The notes under the pieces are model-generated. The model was not told the origin of the DNA. It ran no database searches and saw nothing but the letters and a program-made list of their open reading frames with translations. From positions 11,492 through 75,491 of the forward strand of contig JAHIMR010000040.1 in NCBI GenBank assembly GCA_018896525.1: a DNA stretch of 64,000 nt, given 5' to 3'. The position numbers and the translations under genes were made by a program. The stretch is from Actinomycetota bacterium (lineage in GTDB: Bacteria; Actinomycetota; Geothermincolia; Fen-727; Anoxymicrobiaceae). How positions within the stretch are numbered: position 1 is the stretch's first letter; every line of letters starts with the position of its first letter. Of the stretch, positions 46,555 through 54,678 are shown piece by piece.

Positions 46555-47907
46555 ATGGACGAAAGATGGGACCTTGTTGTGGCTGGGGCGGGGCCCGCCG
46601 GCTGCTCGCTTGCGGCCATGACCGCGCTCGAAGGGGCCACTGTGCTGCTCCTGGAGAAAGAGGACCAGCCGGGCCTCGGCCGCGACTGGATAGTCGATGT
46701 AGAGAGCACCGCTTTCGAGGAAGCGGGCGTCCCACCTCCAGACCCGGAGGCGTCCTGGCACCAGGCCGGGGGGCAGGTGATGATGTCACCCACCGGCGGC
46801 ACAACGATAGACCTGCTGCCACCCCCGGTGCTCCCGGTGCGAAACGGCGCCTACATCAGACAACTGGCCGGGTGGGCAGCCGAATCGGGAGCGGAGGTCC
46901 GAACCGGATGCCGGGTTCTCGGGCCGGTACTCCAGGGAGAGGCGGTCGCCGGGGTGCGGGTGGCACAGCCCGGTGGGGGAGAGGTGATCATAAGGTCGAA
47001 CCTGGTAGCCGATTGCACGGGAATCACGGGCGCCCTCAGGCGTGGAGCGCCTCCGGACTGGGACCTTGGAGGCGAAATCGACTCCAGGGATATAGTCCAG
47101 GCCAGGCGGGAGGTACGGAGAATCGACCCGGACGCCGCGGCCCACTGGGTCGAGCGAGGGGACATACCGGATAACGTGCGGGTGGACAAGACCGGTGTCA
47201 TGGCGGCGTACTCCGTCGAGGCGTGCCACCTGGACATTGACGCCGGTTACATCGATATCCTGGTGGGCGGAAAGCTGGGAGGCAGGTTTCCCACCGCCGA
47301 CGAGTGGTTCGCGCGGGTCGTGCGCAGGTGGCCGTTCGTGGGCGAGAAGATCTTCGGGGACGGCGGAATCATCCCGGTGAGGAGGACCTGGAACTCTCTG
47401 GTGGGGGACGGCATGCTGCTCCTGGGTGACAGTGCCTGCCAGGTAATCCCCATGCACGGCTCAGGAACCGCCTCCGCCCTCCTGGCGGCGAAACTGGCCA
47501 CCTCGGCGGTCATCCATGCACTGGATGAGAAACGGTACGATCGACGGGCCCTCTGGGAGTACTGCCGTGCTTTCCAGAGCGGCCGCGGTTCAATACTGGC
47601 GTTCTTCTTCGTGGTACAGCGGCACATCGATCGCCTCACCGGCGACGACATAGACGCTCTGATCAACAGGGGCATGATTACCGCGGAGGATTTCTACAAC
47701 GGCCTGGTTCCACTGCCCTTGTCCTATGACCCCCTGACCCTGGCAAAGAAGGTGGCCAGGGGCGTCGCGATTCTTCCGCTCCTCACCGGGTTCGGCCTGT
47801 CAGGTCTGAAGGCGGAAAGGATGATGAAGCATTACCAGGAGTTCCCGTCCGCTTACGACCGCCGGGAACTGGACCGGTGGATATCAGGCCTGCCGCGGGT
47901 ATCGTAG
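46555..47907 (+). CDS. FAD-dependent oxidoreductase (geranylgeranyl-reductase-like).
   Basis: N-terminus DLVVAGAGPAGCSLA is the dinucleotide-binding motif. 450 aa. Confidence 0.65.
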   Translation: MDERWDLVVAGAGPAGCSLAAMTALEGATVLLLEKEDQPGLGRDWIVDVESTAFEEAGVPPPDPEASWHQAGGQVMMSPTGGTTIDLLPPPVLPVRNGAYIRQLAGWAAESGAEVRTGCRVLGPVLQGEAVAGVRVAQPGGGEVIIRSNLVADCTGITGALRRGAPPDWDLGGEIDSRDIVQARREVRRIDPDAAAHWVERGDIPDNVRVDKTGVMAAYSVEACHLDIDAGYIDILVGGKLGGRFPTADEWFARVVRRWPFVGEKIFGDGGIIPVRRTWNSLVGDGMLLLGDSACQVIPMHGSGTASALLAAKLATSAVIHALDEKRYDRRALWEYCRAFQSGRGSILAFFFVVQRHIDRLTGDDIDALINRGMITAEDFYNGLVPLPLSYDPLTLAKKVARGVAILPLLTGFGLSGLKAERMMKHYQEFPSAYDRRELDRWISGLPRVS

Positions 47908-47910
47908 CGG

Positions 47911-48612
47911 CTACTCGCGCCTGGCGGCTATCCCCCCTACCGCCGCTACCAATCCTAGAGCGGCTCCCGCGAGCCCTACGTAGAGGCCTGAACCAACATT
48001 GGATAAAGACAGGGTGTTAACCACGTCGGCGATGTCTATCACGAATATCGCTCCGGTTATTATTGTGACTATCAGGCCCACCACGAACGGCCACCGGGCC
48101 TTCCCGATAAGCCCTACCAGGAAGAACGCGCCGGCTATGACCGCAAAGAAGAGGGTTATCTTTCCGTCTCCCTCCATCCCGCCTTTACTCGCGTAGAACG
48201 CCTGTGCCCATGGTAGAAACGATCCGATCATCACTATCATCATCGCCGCCAGACCGACACCGCCCCATATCTGCGCGCCGGAAGACGTTGTTGCACCCGA
48301 GCGCGCCGCCCGCTGTACGGGGTAACGAGCCGCCGCCGGCATCCCCGGTTGCTGGGTCATCCCCGGTGGGGGAGACATTGGCGGCGGTGCCGCTCCAGGA
48401 AGAGGGGCTGTCGGTGGTGGCGCCACTCCGGGTGGAGGTGCCACCGGGACGACCGCCGGAGGAGCCTGGGCGGCCGGCGCGGACGGCGGCGGCGTTCCCG
48501 TCGGTGACGGTGGGGGAACGGCGGGGGCCTCCAGTGGGCTCCCGCAGAACTGACAGAACTTCGCCTCAGCCGTTTCTCTGCCGCAACTCTTGCATGTGGC
48601 CACTTTCATCAC
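47911..48612 (-). CDS. Membrane protein: N-terminal C4 zinc ribbon, ~80-aa Pro/Ala-rich linker, 4-TM domain paralogous to the gene upstream of it.
   Basis: CKSCG...CQFCG. The TM core GDGKITLFFAVIAGAFFLVGLIGKARWPFVVGLIV aligns with GDGKILLALGATCFIFLVLGAWRGKRAFFGIVFL of the 48632-49111 product. Confidence 0.6.
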   Translation of the reverse strand: MMKVATCKSCGRETAEAKFCQFCGSPLEAPAVPPPSPTGTPPPSAPAAQAPPAVVPVAPPPGVAPPPTAPLPGAAPPPMSPPPGMTQQPGMPAAARYPVQRAARSGATTSSGAQIWGGVGLAAMMIVMIGSFLPWAQAFYASKGGMEGDGKITLFFAVIAGAFFLVGLIGKARWPFVVGLIVTIITGAIFVIDIADVVNTLSLSNVGSGLYVGLAGAALGLVAAVGGIAARRE

Positions 48613-48631
48613 CTCGCATATCTAGACGACT

Positions 48632-49111
48632 TCAGGTTTCCTTCCGCGCTTCCGGCTCACTCTTGAGTAACGAGTAGCCGCACTGACCGGCGAGCATTCC
48701 GGCGACGCTGGCAAGAAGCGCTATATAGAGGCCGGTTCCGGGGCCGGTTATACCCGGTCGGGTCAGAAGAAAGATTATCTCGTAAGAGGACAGGAGGAGC
48801 GCCACCACCGAGCAGAGGAACACTATCCCGAAAAAAGCTCTCTTGCCCCGCCACGCTCCCAGAACCAGGAATATGAAACAGGTCGCCCCCAGCGCCAGCA
48901 GTATCTTGCCGTCACCGGAAACCAGGTTGGCGTAATGCCAGCCCGACTCGGTGTAGAGCCCGAGCACGGAGTCGGAGCGCCAGGTGAGGAAGCACCCCAG
49001 GATCATCATGGATACCGCCAGCACAATCCCCAGTGCGGTGGTGACGAGGGTGGCGACCTTGACCTTTGTTTCCACCCTGCCTTCCATCGTCCGGGACTCT
49101 TCTCTATTCAT
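48632..49111 (-). CDS. 4-TM membrane protein, paralogue of the TM domain of the 47911-48612 product.
   Basis: See the paralogue alignment above. 159 aa. Start overlaps the stop of the upstream methyltransferase gene. Confidence 0.6.
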   Translation of the reverse strand: MNREESRTMEGRVETKVKVATLVTTALGIVLAVSMMILGCFLTWRSDSVLGLYTESGWHYANLVSGDGKILLALGATCFIFLVLGAWRGKRAFFGIVFLCSVVALLLSSYEIIFLLTRPGITGPGTGLYIALLASVAGMLAGQCGYSLLKSEPEARKET

Positions 49112-49920
49112 CGACTACCTCTACTCAACAGCCCGTTCCTGAACGCCTTTACGTATCCCCTGCAGTACCGGTCGGATCCGGCGACCGCCTCCGCCGCGTA
49201 TATGGTGGATACCAGTTCTCTGTCCATGGGGTCCATCAGCAACGCGTCGAGGCCCATGAATACCGCCGCCGCCAGCATCGACCGGTTCACCAGCGAGCGC
49301 ATCGGCAGGCCGAAAGACACGTTGCTCAGGCCCAGGACCGTCTTCACCTCCGGAAACTCGTCCCTGATGAGGGAAAGGGCTTCCAGCGTGACCCGGCCCT
49401 GCCCGGAGTCGGCGCTTATCGGGAGCGCCAGCGGGTCCAGGAACACGCTCTCTTCGGGTACGCCGAACTCACGGGCCGCGCCCAGTATCCCGCGGCACAC
49501 CTCCAGGCGTCCCGCCGGCGTCTCCGGAATGCCCGACTCGTCCATCGCCAGGGCGACGACCCGGCATCCGTGACGGGCAACAAGGGGAAGCACTCCCTCG
49601 AGCCGCGCCCGCTCCCCGTTCACCGAGTTGATGAAAAGACCCTCACGGCCGTACAGCTCCAGGCACCGCTCGAGGACCTCCGGGTCGGAGGAGTCCAGCG
49701 CCAGCGGCTTGCCCGTGGCTTCCTTCACTACTTCCACCGCCCACTCCATGGATTCGAGCTCACTCGCTCCTGAGCCGGTGCCGACATTCACGTCTATGTA
49801 ATCCGCCCCCGCCTCCGCCTGCGAAGACGCGAGGCCGGCCAGGAAGCCGTTGTCACGCCGGACGATGGCGTCTCCCACCTCGTCGATACTACCGTTTATC
49901 TTTTCTCCGATGATAATCAT
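49108..49920 (-). CDS. Pterin-binding methyltransferase of the AcsE/MtrH/MetH-pterin-domain family (methyl-tetrahydrofolate:corrinoid-type methyltransferase).
   Basis: MIIIGEKING at the N-terminus and TVLGLSNVSFGLPMRSLVNRSMLAAAVFMGLDALLMDP. Both closely resemble the MeTr/AcsE signature (IIGERING, GLSNVS.....R.L.NR.FL..A...GLDAAI.D). It is not DHPS-like. Confidence 0.75.
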   Translation of the reverse strand: MIIIGEKINGSIDEVGDAIVRRDNGFLAGLASSQAEAGADYIDVNVGTGSGASELESMEWAVEVVKEATGKPLALDSSDPEVLERCLELYGREGLFINSVNGERARLEGVLPLVARHGCRVVALAMDESGIPETPAGRLEVCRGILGAAREFGVPEESVFLDPLALPISADSGQGRVTLEALSLIRDEFPEVKTVLGLSNVSFGLPMRSLVNRSMLAAAVFMGLDALLMDPMDRELVSTIYAAEAVAGSDRYCRGYVKAFRNGLLSRGSR

Positions 49921-50024
49921 TTCCGCTCCCGGAAAAACGGCCTTTCACTGCCCTTATGCTAACAGATACCCGGAACTGTCACAGTTCCCGTCCTGGTCTC
50001 CGAGCAACAACGGGCGGCCTATAG

Positions 50025-50350
50025 TGCCCCGTCTCACAAATACAATGGCATTCGAACGCCGCTGCATCCACACCGGCTGCGTTCCGCTCCCTCGAAGTAC
50101 TACAGGAGTACGTTTTAGTACCCCGCTCCATAAATACGCCGGCATTCGAACGCCGCTGCATCCACTCCGGCTGCGTTCCGCTCCCTCGAAGTACTCCAGA
50201 AGTACGTCTCGGTCGCGCGCCTTGCCGGAGCGGCGCTTCGACGCTCTCGGTGCTCAACCGTATCTATGGAACGGGGCACTGAGTCGCGCGCCTTGCCGGA
50301 GCGGCGCTTCGACGCTCTCGGTGCATCACAGTACTTATGAGACGGGACAC
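50025..50350. repeat. Family A array: left arm, then a full element, then an extra right arm.
   Basis: GTGCCCCGTCTCACAAATACAATGGC... + GTACCCCGCTCCATAAATACGCC... + ...GGTGCATCACAGTACTTATGAGACGGGACAC. Confidence 0.9.
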
Positions 50351-50456
50351 TGGTGATTTCCAACGAGGTCACAGTAGAATATAATCTCAGTGTATGTGAA
50401 CGTGATGCCCGTGTCTCCAGCGTAAAGGCGGGCAGCAAGCAAGGAAGGTGGTTGCG

Positions 50457-52064
50457 ATGTCGTTCATGGAGAAGTTCAAGGTAATCCTCGACCCCCGGCT
50501 GACGATGGCCAACTTCTGGGACATAACCACCAATGTATATGGTGACGCGGTAGTGGCCTACCTGGAGGAACCGCTGGAGTACCGGTGCATGCCCAAGGAC
50601 TTCATAACCTACCGGGATAACCTCGTCCTGGTGAACAAGATGGGGCACGTGCTCAAAGGACTGGGAGTGAAGCGGGGTGACCGGGTGGTTATACCGATGG
50701 GCAACAGGGTCGAGCTGCTGACCCTGTGCTTCGCCTGCTTCAAGATAGGGGCGATAGCGGTTCCTCTCAACTATATGCTGAAGGGCACGGAGATAAAGTA
50801 CATAGCGGAGAACTGTGGGGCCAGAGTACTGATCACCGACAGCGATGTCTTTGTGCCTAACATCAAGGAGAAGGAAGCTATACCCAGCATAGAGACCTGG
50901 GTGATGGCCGGCTCCCGGGAGTCCTGCCTTCCCGGGTTCGTTTCACTGGACGAGGCGTTGGATAACGCGTCTGATGAACTGGAGCCGGCGATCATGCACA
51001 AAGACGAGACGGTCGCGGTATTCTACACCTCGGGCACCACCGGTTACCCCAAGGGCGCCATGTTGACCGGTAAGAACCTGCTCACCACCCAGAGAATAAC
51101 CGCGGCCATACTGCCGGTGGGCCCCGGGGACGAGGGGGTATCGGCGCTTCCCTCGGCGCACCTGATGGGCTTCGCGGTATCGCTTCTGAGCTTCATGATC
51201 GGCGCTTCCGGCTACTTCATGAGGTACTTTCAGCCAAAGAGAATCCTGGAGACGATACAGGAACGGAAATCCTCCATATTCGTGGGGGTGCCCGCGATGT
51301 ACTCCATCCTGCTTCACAGCGACCCCGAGAAGTACGATCTGTCGTCGATCAAGATCTGGGCCAGCGGCGCCGACGCGATGCCGTTGGAGCACATCAAGAA
51401 GTTCATGAGTTTCGGGGGTGTCTTCTTCGAGGCTTACGGCCAGGTGGAGACGAGCCCGATAACCTCCATCAAGGTCTCCACCAAGTACTTCACGTTCAAG
51501 CAGGGGTGCGTGGGAATACCGGTCTTCCCGGTACGGGTCCAGATATGGGACGAGAACCTCAACCGGGTTCCCGTCAGCGAGCCCGGCGAGCTGGTTGTGC
51601 GCGGTCCCAACGTCCTCAAGGGTTACTGGAACGATTCAGAGCGGAACGAGGACGCGTTCAGGGGCGGCTGGTTCCACACCGGGGACATGGCCAGGCGGGA
51701 GAAGACAGGCCTGCTCTACTTCATGGACAGGAAGAAGGACGTGGTGAAGGCAGGTGGCTACTCGGTGTTCTCCCGTGAGGTCGAGGAGGAGATAAGGTCG
51801 CATCCCAAGGTCGATGACGTTGCCATCGTTGGTCTGCCTCACCCCACCAAGGTGGAGGTGGTGGCGGCGGTGTGCACCCTTGATCCAGGGGAAGAACTGA
51901 GCAACGAGGAACTGATGGCATGGTGCCGTGAACACATAGCCCAGTACAAGGCACCCCGGTACATTGATATCAGGAGCGAGATGCCTTACGGAATGACGCT
52001 CAAGGTCTTGAAAAGGGTCTTGAGGGAAGAGTTGACGGAGAAAACCGACGTTGAGGAGCTCTAA
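50457..52064 (+). CDS. AMP-dependent acyl-CoA synthetase/ligase.
   Basis: AMP-binding motif FYTSGTTGYPKGAML and a C-terminal lid. ATG 50457 is preceded by AAGGAAGG. Confidence 0.85.
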   Translation: MSFMEKFKVILDPRLTMANFWDITTNVYGDAVVAYLEEPLEYRCMPKDFITYRDNLVLVNKMGHVLKGLGVKRGDRVVIPMGNRVELLTLCFACFKIGAIAVPLNYMLKGTEIKYIAENCGARVLITDSDVFVPNIKEKEAIPSIETWVMAGSRESCLPGFVSLDEALDNASDELEPAIMHKDETVAVFYTSGTTGYPKGAMLTGKNLLTTQRITAAILPVGPGDEGVSALPSAHLMGFAVSLLSFMIGASGYFMRYFQPKRILETIQERKSSIFVGVPAMYSILLHSDPEKYDLSSIKIWASGADAMPLEHIKKFMSFGGVFFEAYGQVETSPITSIKVSTKYFTFKQGCVGIPVFPVRVQIWDENLNRVPVSEPGELVVRGPNVLKGYWNDSERNEDAFRGGWFHTGDMARREKTGLLYFMDRKKDVVKAGGYSVFSREVEEEIRSHPKVDDVAIVGLPHPTKVEVVAAVCTLDPGEELSNEELMAWCREHIAQYKAPRYIDIRSEMPYGMTLKVLKRVLREELTEKTDVEEL

Positions 52065-52091
52065 GCCGCCTTAAAACTGGAGGGGGAGAGG

Positions 52092-52643
52092 TTGAAGAAA
52101 AAAGCGTACGTACTCATAAATGTTCTGGCGGGAGAACTCGATGGTGTGATGAGGAAACTCTCCTCAATGCCGAACGTGCTGTCGGTCGAGGGCGTGTCAG
52201 GCCACTGTGACGTGGTGGCGATCATAACCGGTCCGGACCTGGAGACGCTCCAGGACAGTATCCTGTCCACCGTGCGAGGCGTTGATGGGATCCGGTCCAC
52301 CGAGACCTGGATCGTGATGGTCCCCCAGCCGGACACCTGGACCCCCGAGGAGCTGAAGCGCTACGTGGCGGACTGCGGTAAAAACGAGCTGCTGGCGATC
52401 AGGACCCTGCTGGATAAAGGCCGCGGGATGATGATCCAGGAGTTAATCGATGAACTCGCGGAACGCCTCGGCGACGAGAACTACGATGCCCATAATCTCA
52501 CCGTCACCCTGACCGATATGACCCGCCGCGCACAGAGCCAGTACCGGCGGGAGAGCATCATCGAGTTCGACCAGGACATGGGTTACTTCCTGAACGAGCA
52601 TTACCTGGAGATGCTTGAGGATGTCCTCGCCGGGAACTCCTGA
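52092..52643 (+). CDS. Lrp/AsnC ligand-binding (RAM) domain fused to an unknown ~100-aa C-terminal domain; no HTH.
   Basis: N-terminal 75 aa AYVLINVLAGELDGVMRKLSSMPNVLSVEGVSGHCDVVAIITGPDLETLQDSILSTVRGVDGIRSTETWIVM matches the stand-alone Lrp C-terminal domain pattern. The rest is unassigned. Confidence 0.6.
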   Translation: MKKKAYVLINVLAGELDGVMRKLSSMPNVLSVEGVSGHCDVVAIITGPDLETLQDSILSTVRGVDGIRSTETWIVMVPQPDTWTPEELKRYVADCGKNELLAIRTLLDKGRGMMIQELIDELAERLGDENYDAHNLTVTLTDMTRRAQSQYRRESIIEFDQDMGYFLNEHYLEMLEDVLAGNS

Positions 52644-52718
52644 GTTCGAACGGGAACGGTAACACCACCGGCGCGGTAGGGTAGGGGAGAAGTCAGCGGC
52701 TCGTTGCAGGCGGCAGTC

Positions 52719-53732
52719 TTACTCAAGCGCTTGCCAGTTCCCGAGTTCGATTGCCTCGAGGTTTCTTACGCGTTCATCAATGGAGTGTCCCTCTTCATAG
52801 TGAACCACTAACTCCCCGCCGGGTTTCCGTATCTTTCCCCGTTCCTCTTTTCGTGCTGACTCAGGACCTGAATAGACCCTGCCACCAAGGAGGTTAGCGC
52901 TGTCCAGCTTGATCAGCGCGTTCTTGAGAGCGGCCGGGTTCCCGGTTATTTTCGACGCTATTGAATCGGTCAGTAACTCGTTGTGGAAACGTATCTGCCT
53001 CGACTTCCTCACCAGGAAAAAAACAATCACGACGAAGCAGAGGTAGTTGATGAACATAAGCAGGAACGAAAGCATGCCCATTCCAGCCTCAATCGTGAGG
53101 AACATCCCGAAGAAGGCAACCGCGATTGCCGGGAAAGCTAAAAGCCAAAGGTTATCCTGGTAACCGCGCCATGTAAGAAGATCGCCTGTAACCATGTGAG
53201 ACAGTCGTTCGGCCATTAGCGCGTCCGCTTCTTCGACGGAAATCGGCACCCACAGCACCTCCCGTGTAACCGCTACCACCGGCTTGTCTCGCGCTTTCAT
53301 GAACGCGAAGGCGGCAACGCCTTTGATATCCAGAACCATGAGTTCCGGTGGGCGAACCCCCAGGGCAATGCTCGCCCCTTCCAGGCCATTCCTGAACTTC
53401 CTCAACCACTCCTTATCCCCGATGTTAAGATTGCTTTTTACGATTAGAGGCACTCTCGATCGGGCTTTCTTGAGAACCTGGAGAACAACAAAAACAGTCG
53501 GCGTTCCAAACCCAAGGACGAATATTATCAAGGAAGCCCTCAGTTCGGCCGGTCCAAACCGGGACCGAACGAATTCGTCAGTTGACGAAGTACCGGTGCG
53601 ATACGCCCACAGGCATAACGCGATAGACGAAACCAGCGAAAACGCAAGTACTGCTACTATGAGTGACTTGAGCAGGAATACCTTTCTCTTGTGACGCGTG
53701 ATGCTTGCTATGACCTCGGGCTCAAGGTTCAC
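52719..53732 (-). CDS. Polytopic membrane protein of unknown function.
   Basis: 337 aa with at least 6 TM segments. No catalytic motif recognised. Confidence 0.5.
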   Translation of the reverse strand: MNLEPEVIASITRHKRKVFLLKSLIVAVLAFSLVSSIALCLWAYRTGTSSTDEFVRSRFGPAELRASLIIFVLGFGTPTVFVVLQVLKKARSRVPLIVKSNLNIGDKEWLRKFRNGLEGASIALGVRPPELMVLDIKGVAAFAFMKARDKPVVAVTREVLWVPISVEEADALMAERLSHMVTGDLLTWRGYQDNLWLLAFPAIAVAFFGMFLTIEAGMGMLSFLLMFINYLCFVVIVFFLVRKSRQIRFHNELLTDSIASKITGNPAALKNALIKLDSANLLGGRVYSGPESARKEERGKIRKPGGELVVHYEEGHSIDERVRNLEAIELGNWQALE

Positions 53733-54145
53733 GTTTACATCTCCCGGATTTTATTGGTACCGAAGTTCTTATAAGCCCCCGTATGCTTTCCCCTATACTA
53801 TGTGGAAAGCCCGCTGGTTGGCGAACATGCTGTTGAGTCAAGAAGACGTCCAGTACGCGCATAGCCACTAGCCGGGGTAGGGGAGGGGACGCTTTATCGT
53901 TCATCGACAGTTGTCTCGCTCAAGCGTATTCGTCCAGGACCGCGACTTCGATGTTTTCTTCTTACCGCGTTCCCTCCAGTAAGCCACCCCAGGCATTCTC
54001 AGAAACGCAAGATGGTACCCGGTACAAACGCAAGTTGTTTAGACGTAAAGTACTTGCAGAAGGGGCCAGGCCCCAAACGGAAGGTTGGGGGAGAAGTCTC
54101 CCTCGTAGCGCCGGCATCTTGCCGGCATCGCCTTTTGCAAGGTGT

Positions 54146-54410
54146 GACGCACTGGTGCCTGTCACCAGTGCGTCATTTTGTGGATATTGTTAATTATTGA
54201 GGGAGGAGTACCGCCCCTGGGCTGTTGCATAATGGGGCTTGGGTTTGGGTGGATGTTGCAACGGCACCAGCCCGGGGATGGCGTTCTTGTCTGACCGCCG
54301 CTTGTCTGAGATGAGGGGTCAGGCCTTCTAGCCGGAACGTTTACTCCAGGCCACCGCTTGAAGGCGCTGACCCCACCGGTTGGATTGGGCCAGACCCCGT
54401 TTGGGTGGGG
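54146..54410 (+). repeat. Repeat family B, copy 1. It begins with a perfect 12-bp hairpin GACGCACTGGTG-CCTGT-CACCAGTGCGTC plus ATTTTGTGG (terminator-like), then GAGGGAGG, GTTGCAT, GGGGATGGCG-TTCTTGTCTGACCGCCGCTTGT, GGGGTCAGG, GACCCCACC and TTGGGCCAGACCCCGTTTGGGTGG modules.
   Basis: About 180 nt align with copy 2 at 58809-58990 in the same orientation. Sub-blocks are shared with 7198-7378 and 59625-59830. Confidence 0.85.
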
Positions 54411-54678
54411 TAGTTGGTCTATTATAACAAGTTTACATAATATATATTATAGGACATTAGGATATACGTGAGTTTTGTACGTCTTCCAGCAGATTTGAGT
54501 TATCATATAAGAGCAGTAAAGATGGTTGAACGCGAATTGAATGCTAAAGAGTCAACGACCTCGGTGTTGTTGTTTTGGGTATTACTGAAGGGAAAACCAG
54601 CCGACTGATGTATCTGTCTTATGAGTCCGCCGCGCGGGTATTGATTGGAACCATGACGGGCAACGCCCGGGATACAGC

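Noticed and set aside
10368-50356. Dozens of 60-125-aa ORFs lying entirely inside family A repeats, which recur as near-identical peptides (e.g. ...NTLAFERRCIHTGCVPLPRRTTGVRLGRAPCRSGASTLSVLNRIYGTRH, ...RRSGKARDSVPRSIDTVKHRERRSAAPARRATETY...).
   Set aside because: They are generated by the repeated DNA itself and occur on both strands of a palindromic element. They have no RBS or consistent start, and frames are shifted or broken between copies. They are not protein-coding genes.
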